Shown here: piece by piece, positions 10,126 through 23,067 of the stretch
Layout of the letters: each line of letters opens with the position of its first letter
How positions within the stretch are numbered: position 1 is the first letter of the stretch
NCBI GenBank assembly: GCA_963664405.1
Contig: OY761158.1
Span: 4,672,001-4,736,000 of the forward strand
Source: Thermoanaerobaculia bacterium
GTDB lineage: Bacteria > Acidobacteriota > Thermoanaerobaculia > Multivoradales > Multivoraceae
DNA: 64,000 nt
Reading direction: 5' to 3'
Notes under the pieces: model-generated
The model's database searches: none
Seen by the model: only the letters and a program-made list of their open reading frames with translations
Told to the model about the DNA's origin: nothing
Position numbers and translations under genes: made by a program

Positions 10126-10953
10126 ATGACGACCGACTACATCCACGGATTCTCCGCACCGGAACAGGACCGCCTGACCGCGGTGCAGGAGATCCTGAAT
10201 AAGGCAGAGCTGCGAGAGCTCGATCTGGTCGGCGTACGCTCGATCCTCGACGTCGGCGCCGGGCTCGGCCAATTCACCCGCATGCTCGCTCGTGCGGCCG
10301 GGCCGAGTGCGCGCGTCGTAGGAATTGAGCGGGATTCACGGCAGCGTGTAGAGGCGCAGAGGCAGGCAGAAGCGGCTGGTGAAGCGGATCTGATCGAGCT
10401 GCGCGCGGGCGACGCCGAGCGCTTGCCGCTCGATCCGACCGAGCGAGCTACTTTCGACCTCGTGCACGCAAGGTTTCTGCTCGAGCACGTACCCGACCCT
10501 CTTGCAGTGGTACGCGAAATGGTCGCCGCGGTGCGGCCGGGTGGCCGCGTTGTGTTGGTCGACGATGACCATGATCTGCTTCGCTTGTGGCCGGCGTGCC
10601 CGCCGCTGGAGCGTGCCTGGCGGATTTACTGGGAGAGCTATCGAGATCGCGGGCACGATCCCTTGGTCGGACGCCGTTTGCCTGGGCTGCTGCACGAGGC
10701 GGGCGCTCGGGTCACGCGTGTCACCAGCATCTTCTACGGGGCTCCGCGGCACGGAGCGCTGTTCGATCTGGTCGTGGACAATCTGGCAGGCGTAATCGGA
10801 GGCGCCGCGGAGGAGCTCGATCGATCGGGGCGTCTTTCGCGCGAGGAGCTAGAGGCCGCGCTCGAAGCGTTTCAGCGTTGGCGTCAGTCGGAAGCGGCCA
10901 CGGTGTGGTACTCGCTACCAATGGCAGAGGGGCAGCGGAGCCTCCGGAAGTGA
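10126..10953 (+). CDS. Class I SAM-dependent methyltransferase
   Basis: YIHG N-terminus, ILDVGAGLG, FDLVHARFLLEHV, RPGG motifs. Confidence 0.88.
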   Translation: MTTDYIHGFSAPEQDRLTAVQEILNKAELRELDLVGVRSILDVGAGLGQFTRMLARAAGPSARVVGIERDSRQRVEAQRQAEAAGEADLIELRAGDAERLPLDPTERATFDLVHARFLLEHVPDPLAVVREMVAAVRPGGRVVLVDDDHDLLRLWPACPPLERAWRIYWESYRDRGHDPLVGRRLPGLLHEAGARVTRVTSIFYGAPRHGALFDLVVDNLAGVIGGAAEELDRSGRLSREELEAALEAFQRWRQSEAATVWYSLPMAEGQRSLRK

Positions 10954-11013
10954 TCGGTATCACTTCCTCCGGATGCGGAACATGGCGCCGAGGACGGCGC
11001 ATCCGGAGGCTAG
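10940..11013 (-). repeat. Short copy of family-A structured repeat between convergent genes
   Basis: Reverse-complement TGCGCCGTCCTCGGCGCCATGT core plus hairpin GGAAGTGAT-N4-ATCACTTCC; ends at CTAG 11010-11013, which is the stop of the next gene. Confidence 0.75.
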
Positions 11014-12746
11014 CAGAGCTGTTCAGCCTCTTTTAGAAACGTGTCGCGCAGGGTTTTCTTGTGGATCTTTCCCGTTGCTCCTCGAGGCAATTGCTCGTCC
11101 TGGAGCCAGACGTAGCGGGGTACCTTGTAACGAGCCAGATGCTCTGCCACATGAGCGCGGATGTCGTCAGCTTCCAGGGTCTCGCCCTTCTTGGGCATGA
11201 CCACTACGGCCAGCTCTTCGCCCAGTCGCGGGTCGGGCACACCGAAGGCAGCCGCCTCGAAAACGGCCGGATGCTGGTAGATCACGCGCTCGATCTCGGC
11301 GGAGTAAATGTTCTCGCCACCGCGCAGGATCATGTCTTTCTTGCGGTCCACGATGAAGAAATAGCCCTCATCGTCCATCACCGCGACGTCCCCGGTGTGA
11401 AGCCAACCGTCTCGGATCGTCTCGGCCGTTTCCTCGGGCCGATTCCAGTAGCAGCGGATGTTCATCGGCGACTTCATCACCAGCTCGCCCTCTTCACCGG
11501 TCGCGAGGTCGTTGCCCTCGTCATCGACCACCTTGAGCTCGACAATCGGGCATGGCCGCCCGATGCTCGTCGGGCGCGATACGAGTCCCTCGTCGAAGTT
11601 GCTGGTGCCTCCGCCGTTGGTCTCGGTCATGCCCCAACCGAAGGACCAGTGCTGCTCGGGCATTCGTTCGGCGAGGCGGTCGATCATGCCGCCCGGAATG
11701 GGTGCACCACCTCCGCTGACGGCTACCAGGCTACGCAAGTCCCGTTCTTCGAGGTCGGGAGATTGGAGCATCTCCCAAGTCATGGTGGGGACTCCATTGA
11801 ACGAGGTCACACGCTCGCGCTCGATCAGCTCGAGCCCCTCTTCCGGGCTCCATTTGTACATCATGACGATCTTACGGCCGGCGGCGAAGGATGCCAGTAG
11901 CCCCGCGTGGCATCCGCTGACGTGAAAGAGCGGGAGCGGCATCAGGATCGCCGGCTGGAACTCCGGATCTTCCTGAGGCTCCGGCAAGAGACCCATGGCG
12001 ATGCGCTGAGCGCCGTAAAACCCCCAGCTGCCGAGACCGCTGAGAACACCCCGGTGAGTCGAGAGCGCTCCTTTAGGGAAACCGGTGGTTCCCGAGGTGA
12101 AGAGAATGGTCACGTCATCGTCGGCGCCGAGCTCGACGTCCGGCATCGGCTGCCCGGCGCCTTCGCGGCACAGATCTTCGATGTCGGTCACGCCGGACGG
12201 GAGGTCGCCACTCCAACGAGCACCGATTGCCTGCACCTCCATGTCATCGAGGCGTCCGGCCACACGCTCGTAGCGCTCCTCGTCGAAGAAGGCAACTCTC
12301 GAACCGCTGTCCTGGAGCCCGTACTCGAGCTCCTCTCCGGTCCACCATGCGTTGAGTGAGACCGAGATCGCTCCGGTGGAGGTGATCGCCATGAAGGCGA
12401 CAACCCATTCGGGGAAGTTGCGCATGCCGATCGCGACCCGGTCGCCCTTCTCAACGCCGTAGCGATGGATCAGTTGGTGGGCGACGGCGGCGGCGCGATC
12501 ATAGGTCTCGGCATAGGTCAGCCGAGTGTCTTCGAAGACCAGGAAGTCCTTGTCGCCGTGATCGTTCTTGCCGAGGTCGTAGAGCTCACGGAGGGAGCCT
12601 GGGAGATCGCGGAAGATGCGGTAGTCGATGCCTCGAATGGTCTCGGAGACAACGGGAAAGTCTCCGTCCTCCGCGGTGAGCTTGGCGATGGATTCCTCGT
12701 AGTTCAGTGGTGGGGTGGCAGAGTCTGTTGTTCCGTGCTCGGTCAT
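11010..12746 (-). CDS. Long-chain acyl-CoA synthetase
   Basis: FTSGTTGFPKG, GWGMTE, GWLHTGD, PRGATGK; start ATG 12746. Confidence 0.9.
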   Translation of the reverse strand: MTEHGTTDSATPPLNYEESIAKLTAEDGDFPVVSETIRGIDYRIFRDLPGSLRELYDLGKNDHGDKDFLVFEDTRLTYAETYDRAAAVAHQLIHRYGVEKGDRVAIGMRNFPEWVVAFMAITSTGAISVSLNAWWTGEELEYGLQDSGSRVAFFDEERYERVAGRLDDMEVQAIGARWSGDLPSGVTDIEDLCREGAGQPMPDVELGADDDVTILFTSGTTGFPKGALSTHRGVLSGLGSWGFYGAQRIAMGLLPEPQEDPEFQPAILMPLPLFHVSGCHAGLLASFAAGRKIVMMYKWSPEEGLELIERERVTSFNGVPTMTWEMLQSPDLEERDLRSLVAVSGGGAPIPGGMIDRLAERMPEQHWSFGWGMTETNGGGTSNFDEGLVSRPTSIGRPCPIVELKVVDDEGNDLATGEEGELVMKSPMNIRCYWNRPEETAETIRDGWLHTGDVAVMDDEGYFFIVDRKKDMILRGGENIYSAEIERVIYQHPAVFEAAAFGVPDPRLGEELAVVVMPKKGETLEADDIRAHVAEHLARYKVPRYVWLQDEQLPRGATGKIHKKTLRDTFLKEAEQLC

Positions 12747-12896
12747 ATCCCTGTTTCTCCCGGCTGAGCCCTCTAGAAGTCCCGCATCATAGCGAGGTGC
12801 CGCGATCGAGTGAAGTGGGGAGATGCAGGACCGCAGCGACTTCGAACCGGTATAGGCTCCGCCAACATCAGATTTCTCAGAGCCGGAGAGCACTTC

Positions 12897-13904
12897 ATGG
12901 AATATCGACAACTCGGACGAACTGGGGTTCAGGTCTCGCCCCTCTGCCTCGGGACGATGAACTTCGGCGGAGTCACTCCAGAGGACGAGTCGATACGGAT
13001 CATCGAGCGCGCCTTGGACGCCGGCATCAACTTCATCGACACCGCCAACGTCTACAACGCCGGTGAGAGTGAGCGCGTCATCGGCAAGGCGCTGGCGAAG
13101 GTCGGCGGGCGAGATCGACTGGTAGTGGCCACCAAGGTATTCAACCCGATGGGCAAAGATCCCAACGCTCGAGGTGGCTCCCGCTACCATGTCATTCAGT
13201 CGTGCGAGGACTCACTGCGGCGACTCGGCTTGGATCACATCGATCTCTACCAACTGCATCGCCCTGCTCTCAACATTCCTCAAGACGAGACTCTTCGCGC
13301 TTTCGACGATCTGGTGCGCGCGGGCAAGGTCCGCTACATCGGAGCTTCGACATTCCCCTCCTGGGCGGTGATGGAGGCGCTGGCGATCAGCGAGAAGTAC
13401 AGCCTCAATCGCTATGTGAGCGAGCAGCCGCCCTACAACCTACTCGATCGCCGAATCGAGAACGAGCTCCTGCCTCTGTGTGAGAGGTACCAGCTTGCCG
13501 TCATGCCCTGGTCGCCGGTCGCCGGTGGTGTGTTGACCGGGCGCTATTCGCCCGACGATCGCAAGCCAGAGGGGTCTCGGGCGGAGCGCTGGGGAGCTCG
13601 CTTCGAGACCCGAGTGACGCCGCGCGGCTTGGAGGTCGTGGCCGAGGTCGCCAGGATGGCGGCGGAGCGCGACATGTCGACCGCGCAGCTCGCTCTCTTG
13701 TGGGTGAAAGACCAGCCCCTGGTCACGGCACCCATCTACGGGCCGCGAACGGAGGCCCATCTCGAGGATGCGTTACCGGTGCTCGAGATGGCACTTGCCG
13801 ACGAGGACCGACCCCTCTTCGATGCCCTGGTCGCGCCGGGAAATGTCGTTGCTGACTTTCATGACAGCAACAACTGGATGAAGGCGCGGATCGCTCCGCG
13901 CTAG
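12897..13904 (+). CDS. Aldo/keto reductase
   Basis: MEYRQLGRTG..VS.LCLGTMNFG, FIDTANVY, IDLYQLH, GKVRYIG. Confidence 0.92.
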   Translation: MEYRQLGRTGVQVSPLCLGTMNFGGVTPEDESIRIIERALDAGINFIDTANVYNAGESERVIGKALAKVGGRDRLVVATKVFNPMGKDPNARGGSRYHVIQSCEDSLRRLGLDHIDLYQLHRPALNIPQDETLRAFDDLVRAGKVRYIGASTFPSWAVMEALAISEKYSLNRYVSEQPPYNLLDRRIENELLPLCERYQLAVMPWSPVAGGVLTGRYSPDDRKPEGSRAERWGARFETRVTPRGLEVVAEVARMAAERDMSTAQLALLWVKDQPLVTAPIYGPRTEAHLEDALPVLEMALADEDRPLFDALVAPGNVVADFHDSNNWMKARIAPR

Positions 13905-13924
13905 TACTCGCCGCCGAGCCGAAA

Positions 13925-17065
<3,141 letters not shown>

Positions 17066-17151
17066 TGAAACCGTGTCCTGTCGGTGCCGCCGATCCTATC
17101 TTGGTCCGGTGGAAATCGTTCGAAGGGCGGCCCCCAGCCGAGGAGAAAACC

Positions 17152-17988
17152 ATGCGTACCTTTGTTCTTGCCGCCTTGATCATCGCCCTGGTCTCATCGA
17201 TCCCGATCGAGGCTCAGCTCCACGCCGCCAAGGAGGGGCCGATCTCGATCGGCCACCACCACTTCAACGTCAGCGATGTCGAGGCTCACAAGAAGTTCTG
17301 GGTCGATCAGCTCGGCGCCGAGGTCGCAAAGCTCGGTCCGGACGAAGTGATCAAGCTGCCCAACCTGATCGTCATGCTGCGGCAGCGCGACCCCTCCGGA
17401 AGCAATCGTCCCTCGAGCGTCAACCACATCGGCCTCCAGGTGAGAGACGTGCCGGCGCTGGTCAAGAAACTGAAGGCCGCCGGCTACCCCATCGTTACCC
17501 AGGAGCAGATTCCCACCGCGCCGGGGGATGTCAACCCCGTTCCGGACCAGAATACCAACGTCGCCTTCGTGCTGGCGCCCGACGAGATGAACATCGAGCT
17601 CTTCGAGAACAAGAAGCTCGACGTCCCGATTGCCAACCACCACATCCACTTCTACACCAGCGACATCGATGCGACCAAGGCCTGGTACGTGAAACACCTC
17701 GGTGCGGCTCCGGGGATGCGGGGGAGCTTCCAGGCCGCCGACCTGCCTGGTGTGAACCTCACCTTTTCGGCCTCAAAGGGAGAGGCGTTGCCGACTCAGG
17801 GTCGGGTGCTCGACCACATCGGCTTCGAGGTCGACGGTCTCGAAGCCCTCTGCAAGAAGCTCGAGGCCGCCGGCCTCGAATTGGCGGTGCCCTACCGCAA
17901 GATCGATGCCCTCGGCCTCGGCATCGCCTTCCTCACCGACCCCTGGGGCACCTACATCGAGCTCACCGAAGGCCTCGACGCCCTCTAG
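17152..17988 (+). CDS. Secreted tandem VOC (glyoxalase-like) protein
   Basis: Signal peptide; two VOC modules (GHHHFNV..NHIGLQV..IELFE; HHIHF..DHIGFEV..DPWGTYIELTE). Confidence 0.8.
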   Translation: MRTFVLAALIIALVSSIPIEAQLHAAKEGPISIGHHHFNVSDVEAHKKFWVDQLGAEVAKLGPDEVIKLPNLIVMLRQRDPSGSNRPSSVNHIGLQVRDVPALVKKLKAAGYPIVTQEQIPTAPGDVNPVPDQNTNVAFVLAPDEMNIELFENKKLDVPIANHHIHFYTSDIDATKAWYVKHLGAAPGMRGSFQAADLPGVNLTFSASKGEALPTQGRVLDHIGFEVDGLEALCKKLEAAGLELAVPYRKIDALGLGIAFLTDPWGTYIELTEGLDAL

Positions 17989-18147
17989 TGTCCCGTGCGG
18001 GAAGTTCGTTGCCATTCGAGCGCCGATGCATCCCGCTGGGCGGCGTTGCTCCTCGTCGACAGAGTCCCAGCTATGCCTGCCTCGGAGCGCCTTGCCCAGC
18101 GGGCGCCTCGACGCTCTCGGTGGTCAACGAACTTCCCACACGGGACA
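17989..18147. mobile_element. 159-bp MITE-like element (family B) flanked by CTAG duplications
   Basis: Terminal inverted repeat TGTCCCGTG(C/T)GGGAAGTTCGTTG 22/23; CTAG at 17985-88 (gene stop) and 18148-51. Confidence 0.8.
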
Positions 18148-18239
18148 CTAGGCGCGTTCCTCCGGCAAGTCCTGCGTGGCTGCTTTAACGAATGCTTGAG
18201 TCAGACCGGTCTCTTCCGGCTAGCCAAGCCGGAGGTTCC

Positions 18240-18432
18240 GAATGCGCCGTCCTCGGCGCCATGTTCCGCATCCGTAGGAAATGATAGCGATCATTTCCGT
18301 AGAATGCGCCGTCCTCGGCGCCATGTCGATGTAGCCGTAGGAAGTGATACCCATCACTCCCGTAGAATGCGCCGTCCTCGGCGCCATGTCGATGTGACTC
18401 AAGGCAGTGATATTCATCACTGCATTGAGTCA
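18240..18432 (+). repeat. Three tandem ~63-bp short family-A repeat units
   Basis: GAATGCGCCGTCCTCGGCGCCATGT x3, each followed by a covarying xxxTGAT-N4-ATCAxxx hairpin. Confidence 0.85.
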
Positions 18433-18693
18433 CCCGATGATCTCGGTTACACCCTCGTCATCGACGACCGGCGTCACCTCGAAGGTGAGAATGTCGGTCC
18501 AATCTTGCATCCACTTGCCGATTGCGACTGCGTTGGCGGACTCGGCGATGAGGTATCCCTTGAGGCCCGCAGCCATGTGCCAGCGTCCGATCATCGTCAC
18601 TCCTTCGCCGGGCATTCCTCCGGTCTCTTTGAAGCGCTGCTGGGCAGTGTTCCGGGCCGCGGGGCCGAACTGATAGGTGATATGAAAAAGCAT
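18430..18693 (-). CDS. DUF3303-family small protein
   Basis: MLFHITY...RFKETGG.P.EGV.MIGRWH...W.D.LTFEVTPV pattern; SD GAGGAGG. Confidence 0.8.
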   Translation of the reverse strand: MLFHITYQFGPAARNTAQQRFKETGGMPGEGVTMIGRWHMAAGLKGYLIAESANAVAIGKWMQDWTDILTFEVTPVVDDEGVTEIIG

Positions 18694-18767
18694 CTTTGTC
18701 CCTCCTCGTTTGTGGTGAAGGTCGAGTGTAGACTGTTGTCCTGTCTGAAAGAAAGAGAGGTGGAGAG

Positions 18768-19739
18768 ATGATCTGCCGCAGCTGCTGGCTAATGATTGCG
18801 CTGGTCATGACGTTCTTCCTGCTGTGCGCTTCGCCGGGGCTAGCTCAGGGCGAGCGTCCAGCGGCGAGCGACTACCGCACCGCCTGGGGCGCTCCCGATC
18901 TTCAAGGGGTGTGGGACTTTCGCACCATCACTCCCCTCGAGCGCCCGCCCGAGCTTGCCGGCAAGGAGTTCTTGACTGCCAAGGAAGCGGCCGAGTTTGA
19001 AAAGGAGACGGTCGCCGTTCGTCACAAGGATGAGCGCGGCGGAGGCGCCGAAGCGGATGTCAGGCGCGCCTACAACCACTTCTGGTGGGACTACGGCACC
19101 AACGCGGTCGAGACCCGCCGCACTTCATTGATCGTCGATCCCCCCGACGGGCAGATCCCCGCTCTGACCGAAGCGGGAGAAGAGCGTTCCGCCGAGATGC
19201 GAGAGAGGCGTGTACGAGCTGACAATCCGGAAGAAATAGGGACTGCGGCGCGCTGCGTCGTCGGCTTCAATGCCGGGCCGCCGATGAACCCGGCCGCCTA
19301 CAACAACAATGTGCGCATTCTCCAAACCGAAGACCACGTCGTGATCCACAACGAAATGGTGCACGATGCCCGCGTCGTGCCCCTCGATGGCCGCCCCGTT
19401 CTACCGGAGGACTACCGGCAGTTGAGCGGCGAATCGCGGGGTCACTGGGAAGGAAATACTCTCGTCGTAGAGACAGGAGGCTTCACCGACAGGACTTCTT
19501 TTCGCGGCTCAGGTCCATCCATGCATCTGACCGAGCGCTTCACCCGCACCGCCGAAGATGGTCTGCTCTATGAATACACCATCGACGACTCGGAGTCGTT
19601 CACCCGCCCCTGGAGCGTCGAAGTGCCGATGCGCCGACAGACAGAGCCGATGTACGAGTATGCCTGCCACGAGAGCAACTACGGCATGCGCGGCATCCTC
19701 GCCGGAGCTCGCTTCCTCGAAAAGCAATCAGCCCCGTAG
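18768..19739 (+). CDS. Conserved hypothetical secreted protein (PDLQGVW family)
   Basis: Signal peptide; WG.PDLQGVW, RTSLIVDPPDG.IP, GESRGHWEG.TLVVET, YEYACHE.N. Confidence 0.7.
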   Translation: MICRSCWLMIALVMTFFLLCASPGLAQGERPAASDYRTAWGAPDLQGVWDFRTITPLERPPELAGKEFLTAKEAAEFEKETVAVRHKDERGGGAEADVRRAYNHFWWDYGTNAVETRRTSLIVDPPDGQIPALTEAGEERSAEMRERRVRADNPEEIGTAARCVVGFNAGPPMNPAAYNNNVRILQTEDHVVIHNEMVHDARVVPLDGRPVLPEDYRQLSGESRGHWEGNTLVVETGGFTDRTSFRGSGPSMHLTERFTRTAEDGLLYEYTIDDSESFTRPWSVEVPMRRQTEPMYEYACHESNYGMRGILAGARFLEKQSAP

Positions 19740-19790
19740 ACCAGCCTTGCGAATCGTTCCCCGGTCGCCACGACCCTCCTGGGGCCGGCC

Positions 19791-20759
19791 CTACGACAAC
19801 GACTGCGAGCGCACCTGTACGAGGCCGCCCTCGATCGTGGGCGCGAAGTCCCTGGGCAGGTCCGCCTGCCTCACCGAAGACTCCTCGATCGCTGGGTAGT
19901 CTTCTCCGACCGGGCAGACCAGCTCGCAGCGAGCGCACCCGGTGTAGGCCCCTTGCCGCATCACGGTGAGGTGGTAGAAGAGCTGCTGCGTCTCTGTGCG
20001 CCGAAGCTTTCGCGCGGCCTCTTCGCCGGAGGCAGAGTCGAAAATGTGATCGAGGTGCTTCACCATCCGTTGGGGACCGTAGGGCTGACAGGTGCCGGTG
20101 CAGGCCTCGGTGTCGAGAGCGCGGATGTCTCGAAGGCTGGCCCCCTCTGGCGCTCGAGTGGGTATGGCCTGCGCAGGACATACTGCCGCACAGCGACCAC
20201 ATCCTTCGAGGCCCGGGCAGAGCTCGTCTTGCATCGCCTCGTCGGCTTCGAGCTCGAGGTCGGTGATGATGCCGGCGAGAAAGAGCCGCGGTCCATACTG
20301 AGGAGTGAGGAGCATCTGATTGAGGCCGAGGGTGCCGAGCCCGCTCTGAACGGCACCCTGTCTCAGCAGGAGCGAGCCTTGGCCCGCCGGAGTGGCGTAG
20401 CCCAGCGGCTGGCGTCGTAGATCGGGAAGCACGGCGGAGAGGAGGGCCGCCATGCAGTCGCGCTCTTCGAGCCAGTAGGCGAGGCTGGCTGTTGCCTCTT
20501 CCAGGTGACGTGCGGTGCGGCCCATGGCGTATTGCCGAAGAGCTTCATCCGGGGAACAGGCTACGCCGGTTGGGTAGCGCCGAACGAGAACCAGAAGCGT
20601 GCGGTGAAATCTCGAGAGCTGCGAAGGTTTGTCGTACTCCGGCGCCACCGTTTCCAGGGCGTGCCAGTCGCAGACGCCGACCAGATCGATACCCAGCGCC
20701 GCCGCCTGTTCGCGAACGGCTGCCTCGGTCGGCAACGGAAGCTCTTCTGCGGTGCTCAC
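19791..20759 (-). CDS. QueG/reductive dehalogenase-like cobalamin-Fe-S protein (paralog E)
   Basis: AVQSGLGTLGLNQMLLTPQYGPRLFLAGIITDL; CPGLEGCGRCAAVCP and CARCELVCP. Confidence 0.8.
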   Translation of the reverse strand: MSTAEELPLPTEAAVREQAAALGIDLVGVCDWHALETVAPEYDKPSQLSRFHRTLLVLVRRYPTGVACSPDEALRQYAMGRTARHLEEATASLAYWLEERDCMAALLSAVLPDLRRQPLGYATPAGQGSLLLRQGAVQSGLGTLGLNQMLLTPQYGPRLFLAGIITDLELEADEAMQDELCPGLEGCGRCAAVCPAQAIPTRAPEGASLRDIRALDTEACTGTCQPYGPQRMVKHLDHIFDSASGEEAARKLRRTETQQLFYHLTVMRQGAYTGCARCELVCPVGEDYPAIEESSVRQADLPRDFAPTIEGGLVQVRSQSLS

Positions 20760-21748
20760 GAGGCTCCAAGCTGGACCAGATGGTCGAAGTCACGGTCGCG
20801 AATGTACTCCGGATCGCGGTCGGGCGGGGGCCCGAGGAAGGCTACTTCGTGCTTCTCGGGTGTGCGGGTGTGCTTGACGCGCCCCGGTGGCAGGTCCATG
20901 CGCCGATAGGGCACGCGCATGATCTTGCGTATGTCTTTCTTTCCCACCGGGCAGACATACATGCACTCGAAGCACGCCGCGAAAGCGCCGCGTTTCGAAT
21001 TGGTAGCGATGTAGAAATCGCTCCAGAATCGATTCTCGAGCACTTCGGAGGTGTCGAGGGGTCGCTCGGACTCCAGCAGCTTGCGCAGCACGGTGTAGAG
21101 AGAGCGAATGCTGATCCGCATTGCCGCCTGGGAGCAGGCTCGCTGATCGAGGTCGCGATAGTCGTTGACGTGCTCCCCGCGCGCCGCTTCTCGGGGAATC
21201 GCGTCCGGCGGGCAGAGGACCGCGCAGCGGCCACACTCGAGCCCCGGACACAGAGGATCCTCCAGCGGCGAGTCCGGCTCGATCTCGAGGTCGGTCAACA
21301 GAGCTCCCAGGTAGACCCGGGATCCATGGTCGGGGGTGAGGAAGTTGAGGTTGAGGCCGACGTGGCCGAGACCGGCGAACTCGGCGGTCCACTTGAGATC
21401 GAGGAGTCCGGCTCCGGTCCACTTCAAATCCATATCCGCGTACTCTGGCGACACCGGCAACGCTGCATGACCGCGCTCTTCGAGCCACTCGGCGATGTCG
21501 AAGGCGACGTCGTCCGCCATGTCGAGGGCGAGATGAGAGTTGGTGGATTGCGTCGATACGTCTTCCACCCCCAAAGCACCGGTGAGCAGATGCTTGGTGA
21601 CCACGATGATGCTCTTCATTCCCGCCACCAGGAAGTCAGGCTTCTGTTCGTTCGGGACCCGCTCGGAATAGGCCTCGACGCTCGCGACACCCACCGAATC
21701 CGCTCCCTGCGCCAAGCCGAAACGGACCATCTCTTGCTTGAGGCTCAT
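20756..21748 (-). CDS. QueG/reductive dehalogenase-like cobalamin-Fe-S protein (paralog D)
   Basis: AEFAGLGHVGLNLNFLTPDHGSRVYLGALLTDL; CPGLECGRCAVLCP and CFECMYVCP. Confidence 0.82.
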   Translation of the reverse strand: MSLKQEMVRFGLAQGADSVGVASVEAYSERVPNEQKPDFLVAGMKSIIVVTKHLLTGALGVEDVSTQSTNSHLALDMADDVAFDIAEWLEERGHAALPVSPEYADMDLKWTGAGLLDLKWTAEFAGLGHVGLNLNFLTPDHGSRVYLGALLTDLEIEPDSPLEDPLCPGLECGRCAVLCPPDAIPREAARGEHVNDYRDLDQRACSQAAMRISIRSLYTVLRKLLESERPLDTSEVLENRFWSDFYIATNSKRGAFAACFECMYVCPVGKKDIRKIMRVPYRRMDLPPGRVKHTRTPEKHEVAFLGPPPDRDPEYIRDRDFDHLVQLGAS

Positions 21749-22737
21749 TTTCGCGCCTCACGATCCCAGGTCGTGTTGCGGCGTACCTGGGGGCCCAAGC
21801 TCTCGACTTCGACCCAGCCGTCGGCGATCTTGCGCGGCAACGTCTCCGGCAGGTCGGAGCGGCGGTGGTGGGTGTCGCGGAGTGCTTCCCAATCTTCTCC
21901 GACCGGACAAACCTGGACGCACTCGCTGCACCCGGTGAAGGCCGCCTCCTTCATCATCGCCATCTCCGTCCATATTTCGCCGCTCTTGCGACTGCGCATG
22001 CGGCCCCACATCTCCTTTCCTTCGGTCGACTCGAAGATGTGTACCAGGTGATCCTCGAAGTTTTGGAAGCCGAAGGGCTGGCAGGATCGCGCGCAGGCGG
22101 CGCTGTCGAGACCGCGAACGGACTCAGTCGGCGCCCCAGCCATGGCGCGGCGGGGAATGGCGTCTTCAGGACAGATCGCTGCGCAGCGGCCGCACTCCTC
22201 GAGCCCGAGGCAGATCTCCTGATCCAGAACGGGGTCGGGCTCGACCTCGAGCGTCGTCAATACTCCGGAGAGGTGAACCCGAGGCCCGAAGCTCGGGGTC
22301 AGCACCATGAGATTGAGTCCCCAGGTGCCGAGCCCGGCGGCAACGGCGGCGTGGCGTAGCAGGGTCGAGCCCTGGCCGGCGGGGGTCAGATCGAGTGGCC
22401 CTCGGCGGGCAAAGTCGAGAGCGGTGCTCGGGGTCGGGAGAGCGAGATATTGCCTCTCCTCGAGCCATCGCGCCACCGACTCCGCGGCGTGATCCAGAAT
22501 TCGTAGATTGCGCCCACCGGCCAGCTGCTTCGAAGGCAGGTGGCGGGCCATCGTCACCCCGCGGAGGGTCTTCTTGGCGAAGACGATGAAGGTTTTCGCG
22601 TCGGCAGCAAGGGTGGAGGGGCGGTGATCCTCGGCGACGGTCTCCTCGAGGCCCGCGACCGCGGCGAAGCGCGCGAGGTCGACTCCCTGTGCGAGCACCA
22701 GCTCTCTGAGCTCTTCTTTAGCGATCGGTGGTGGCAC
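21745..22737 (-). CDS. QueG/reductive dehalogenase-like cobalamin-Fe-S protein (paralog C)
   Basis: AAVAAGLGTWGLNLMVLTPSFGPRVHLSGVLTTL; CLGLEECGRCAAICP and CSECVQVCP; GTG start 22737. Confidence 0.8.
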   Translation of the reverse strand: MPPPIAKEELRELVLAQGVDLARFAAVAGLEETVAEDHRPSTLAADAKTFIVFAKKTLRGVTMARHLPSKQLAGGRNLRILDHAAESVARWLEERQYLALPTPSTALDFARRGPLDLTPAGQGSTLLRHAAVAAGLGTWGLNLMVLTPSFGPRVHLSGVLTTLEVEPDPVLDQEICLGLEECGRCAAICPEDAIPRRAMAGAPTESVRGLDSAACARSCQPFGFQNFEDHLVHIFESTEGKEMWGRMRSRKSGEIWTEMAMMKEAAFTGCSECVQVCPVGEDWEALRDTHHRRSDLPETLPRKIADGWVEVESLGPQVRRNTTWDREARK

Positions 22738-22739
22738 GG

Positions 22740-23057
22740 CTACTTGAGCTCGTCGCGGTATTTGAAGACGTAGGAGATACCGTGGCGGGCGAAGGCGCGG
22801 CAGGCCTTGTCCTTGAACTCGATAGCCTTCTCCCACTCTTCCAAGTCGTAAGTGTCGCGCTCTGCGACCACTCGGATCTCCCGCACCGTTCGCTCGTCGA
22901 GTCCGAGCTTCTCGGCGATCTCGCGGTCCGAATGGCCTCGTCTGCGTTTTTCCGGGGGCAGGTGCTCCTGGAAATTCACCTGGACCGAGTCCGACAGCGC
23001 GATGACCTCGTCCTTGTACTTCTTGTAAATCTCTGGTTCGACGAAAAAAAAGCTCAC
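22740..23057 (-). CDS. Small hypothetical protein with HTH-like motif inside the QueG-like operon
   Basis: 105 aa; SDREIAEKLGLDERTVREIR; fills the gap between paralogs B and C. Confidence 0.75.
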   Translation of the reverse strand: MSFFFVEPEIYKKYKDEVIALSDSVQVNFQEHLPPEKRRRGHSDREIAEKLGLDERTVREIRVVAERDTYDLEEWEKAIEFKDKACRAFARHGISYVFKYRDELK

Positions 23058-23067
23058 GATTTTCGTC

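Noticed and set aside
17066-17151. T-box leader for ileS
   Set aside because: Intergenic space is too short and has no T-box motif
18240-18432. CRISPR-like array (25-bp repeat, ~38-bp spacers, three copies)
   Set aside because: The spacers are homologous hairpins, the repeat is dispersed elsewhere in the window, and there are no cas genes
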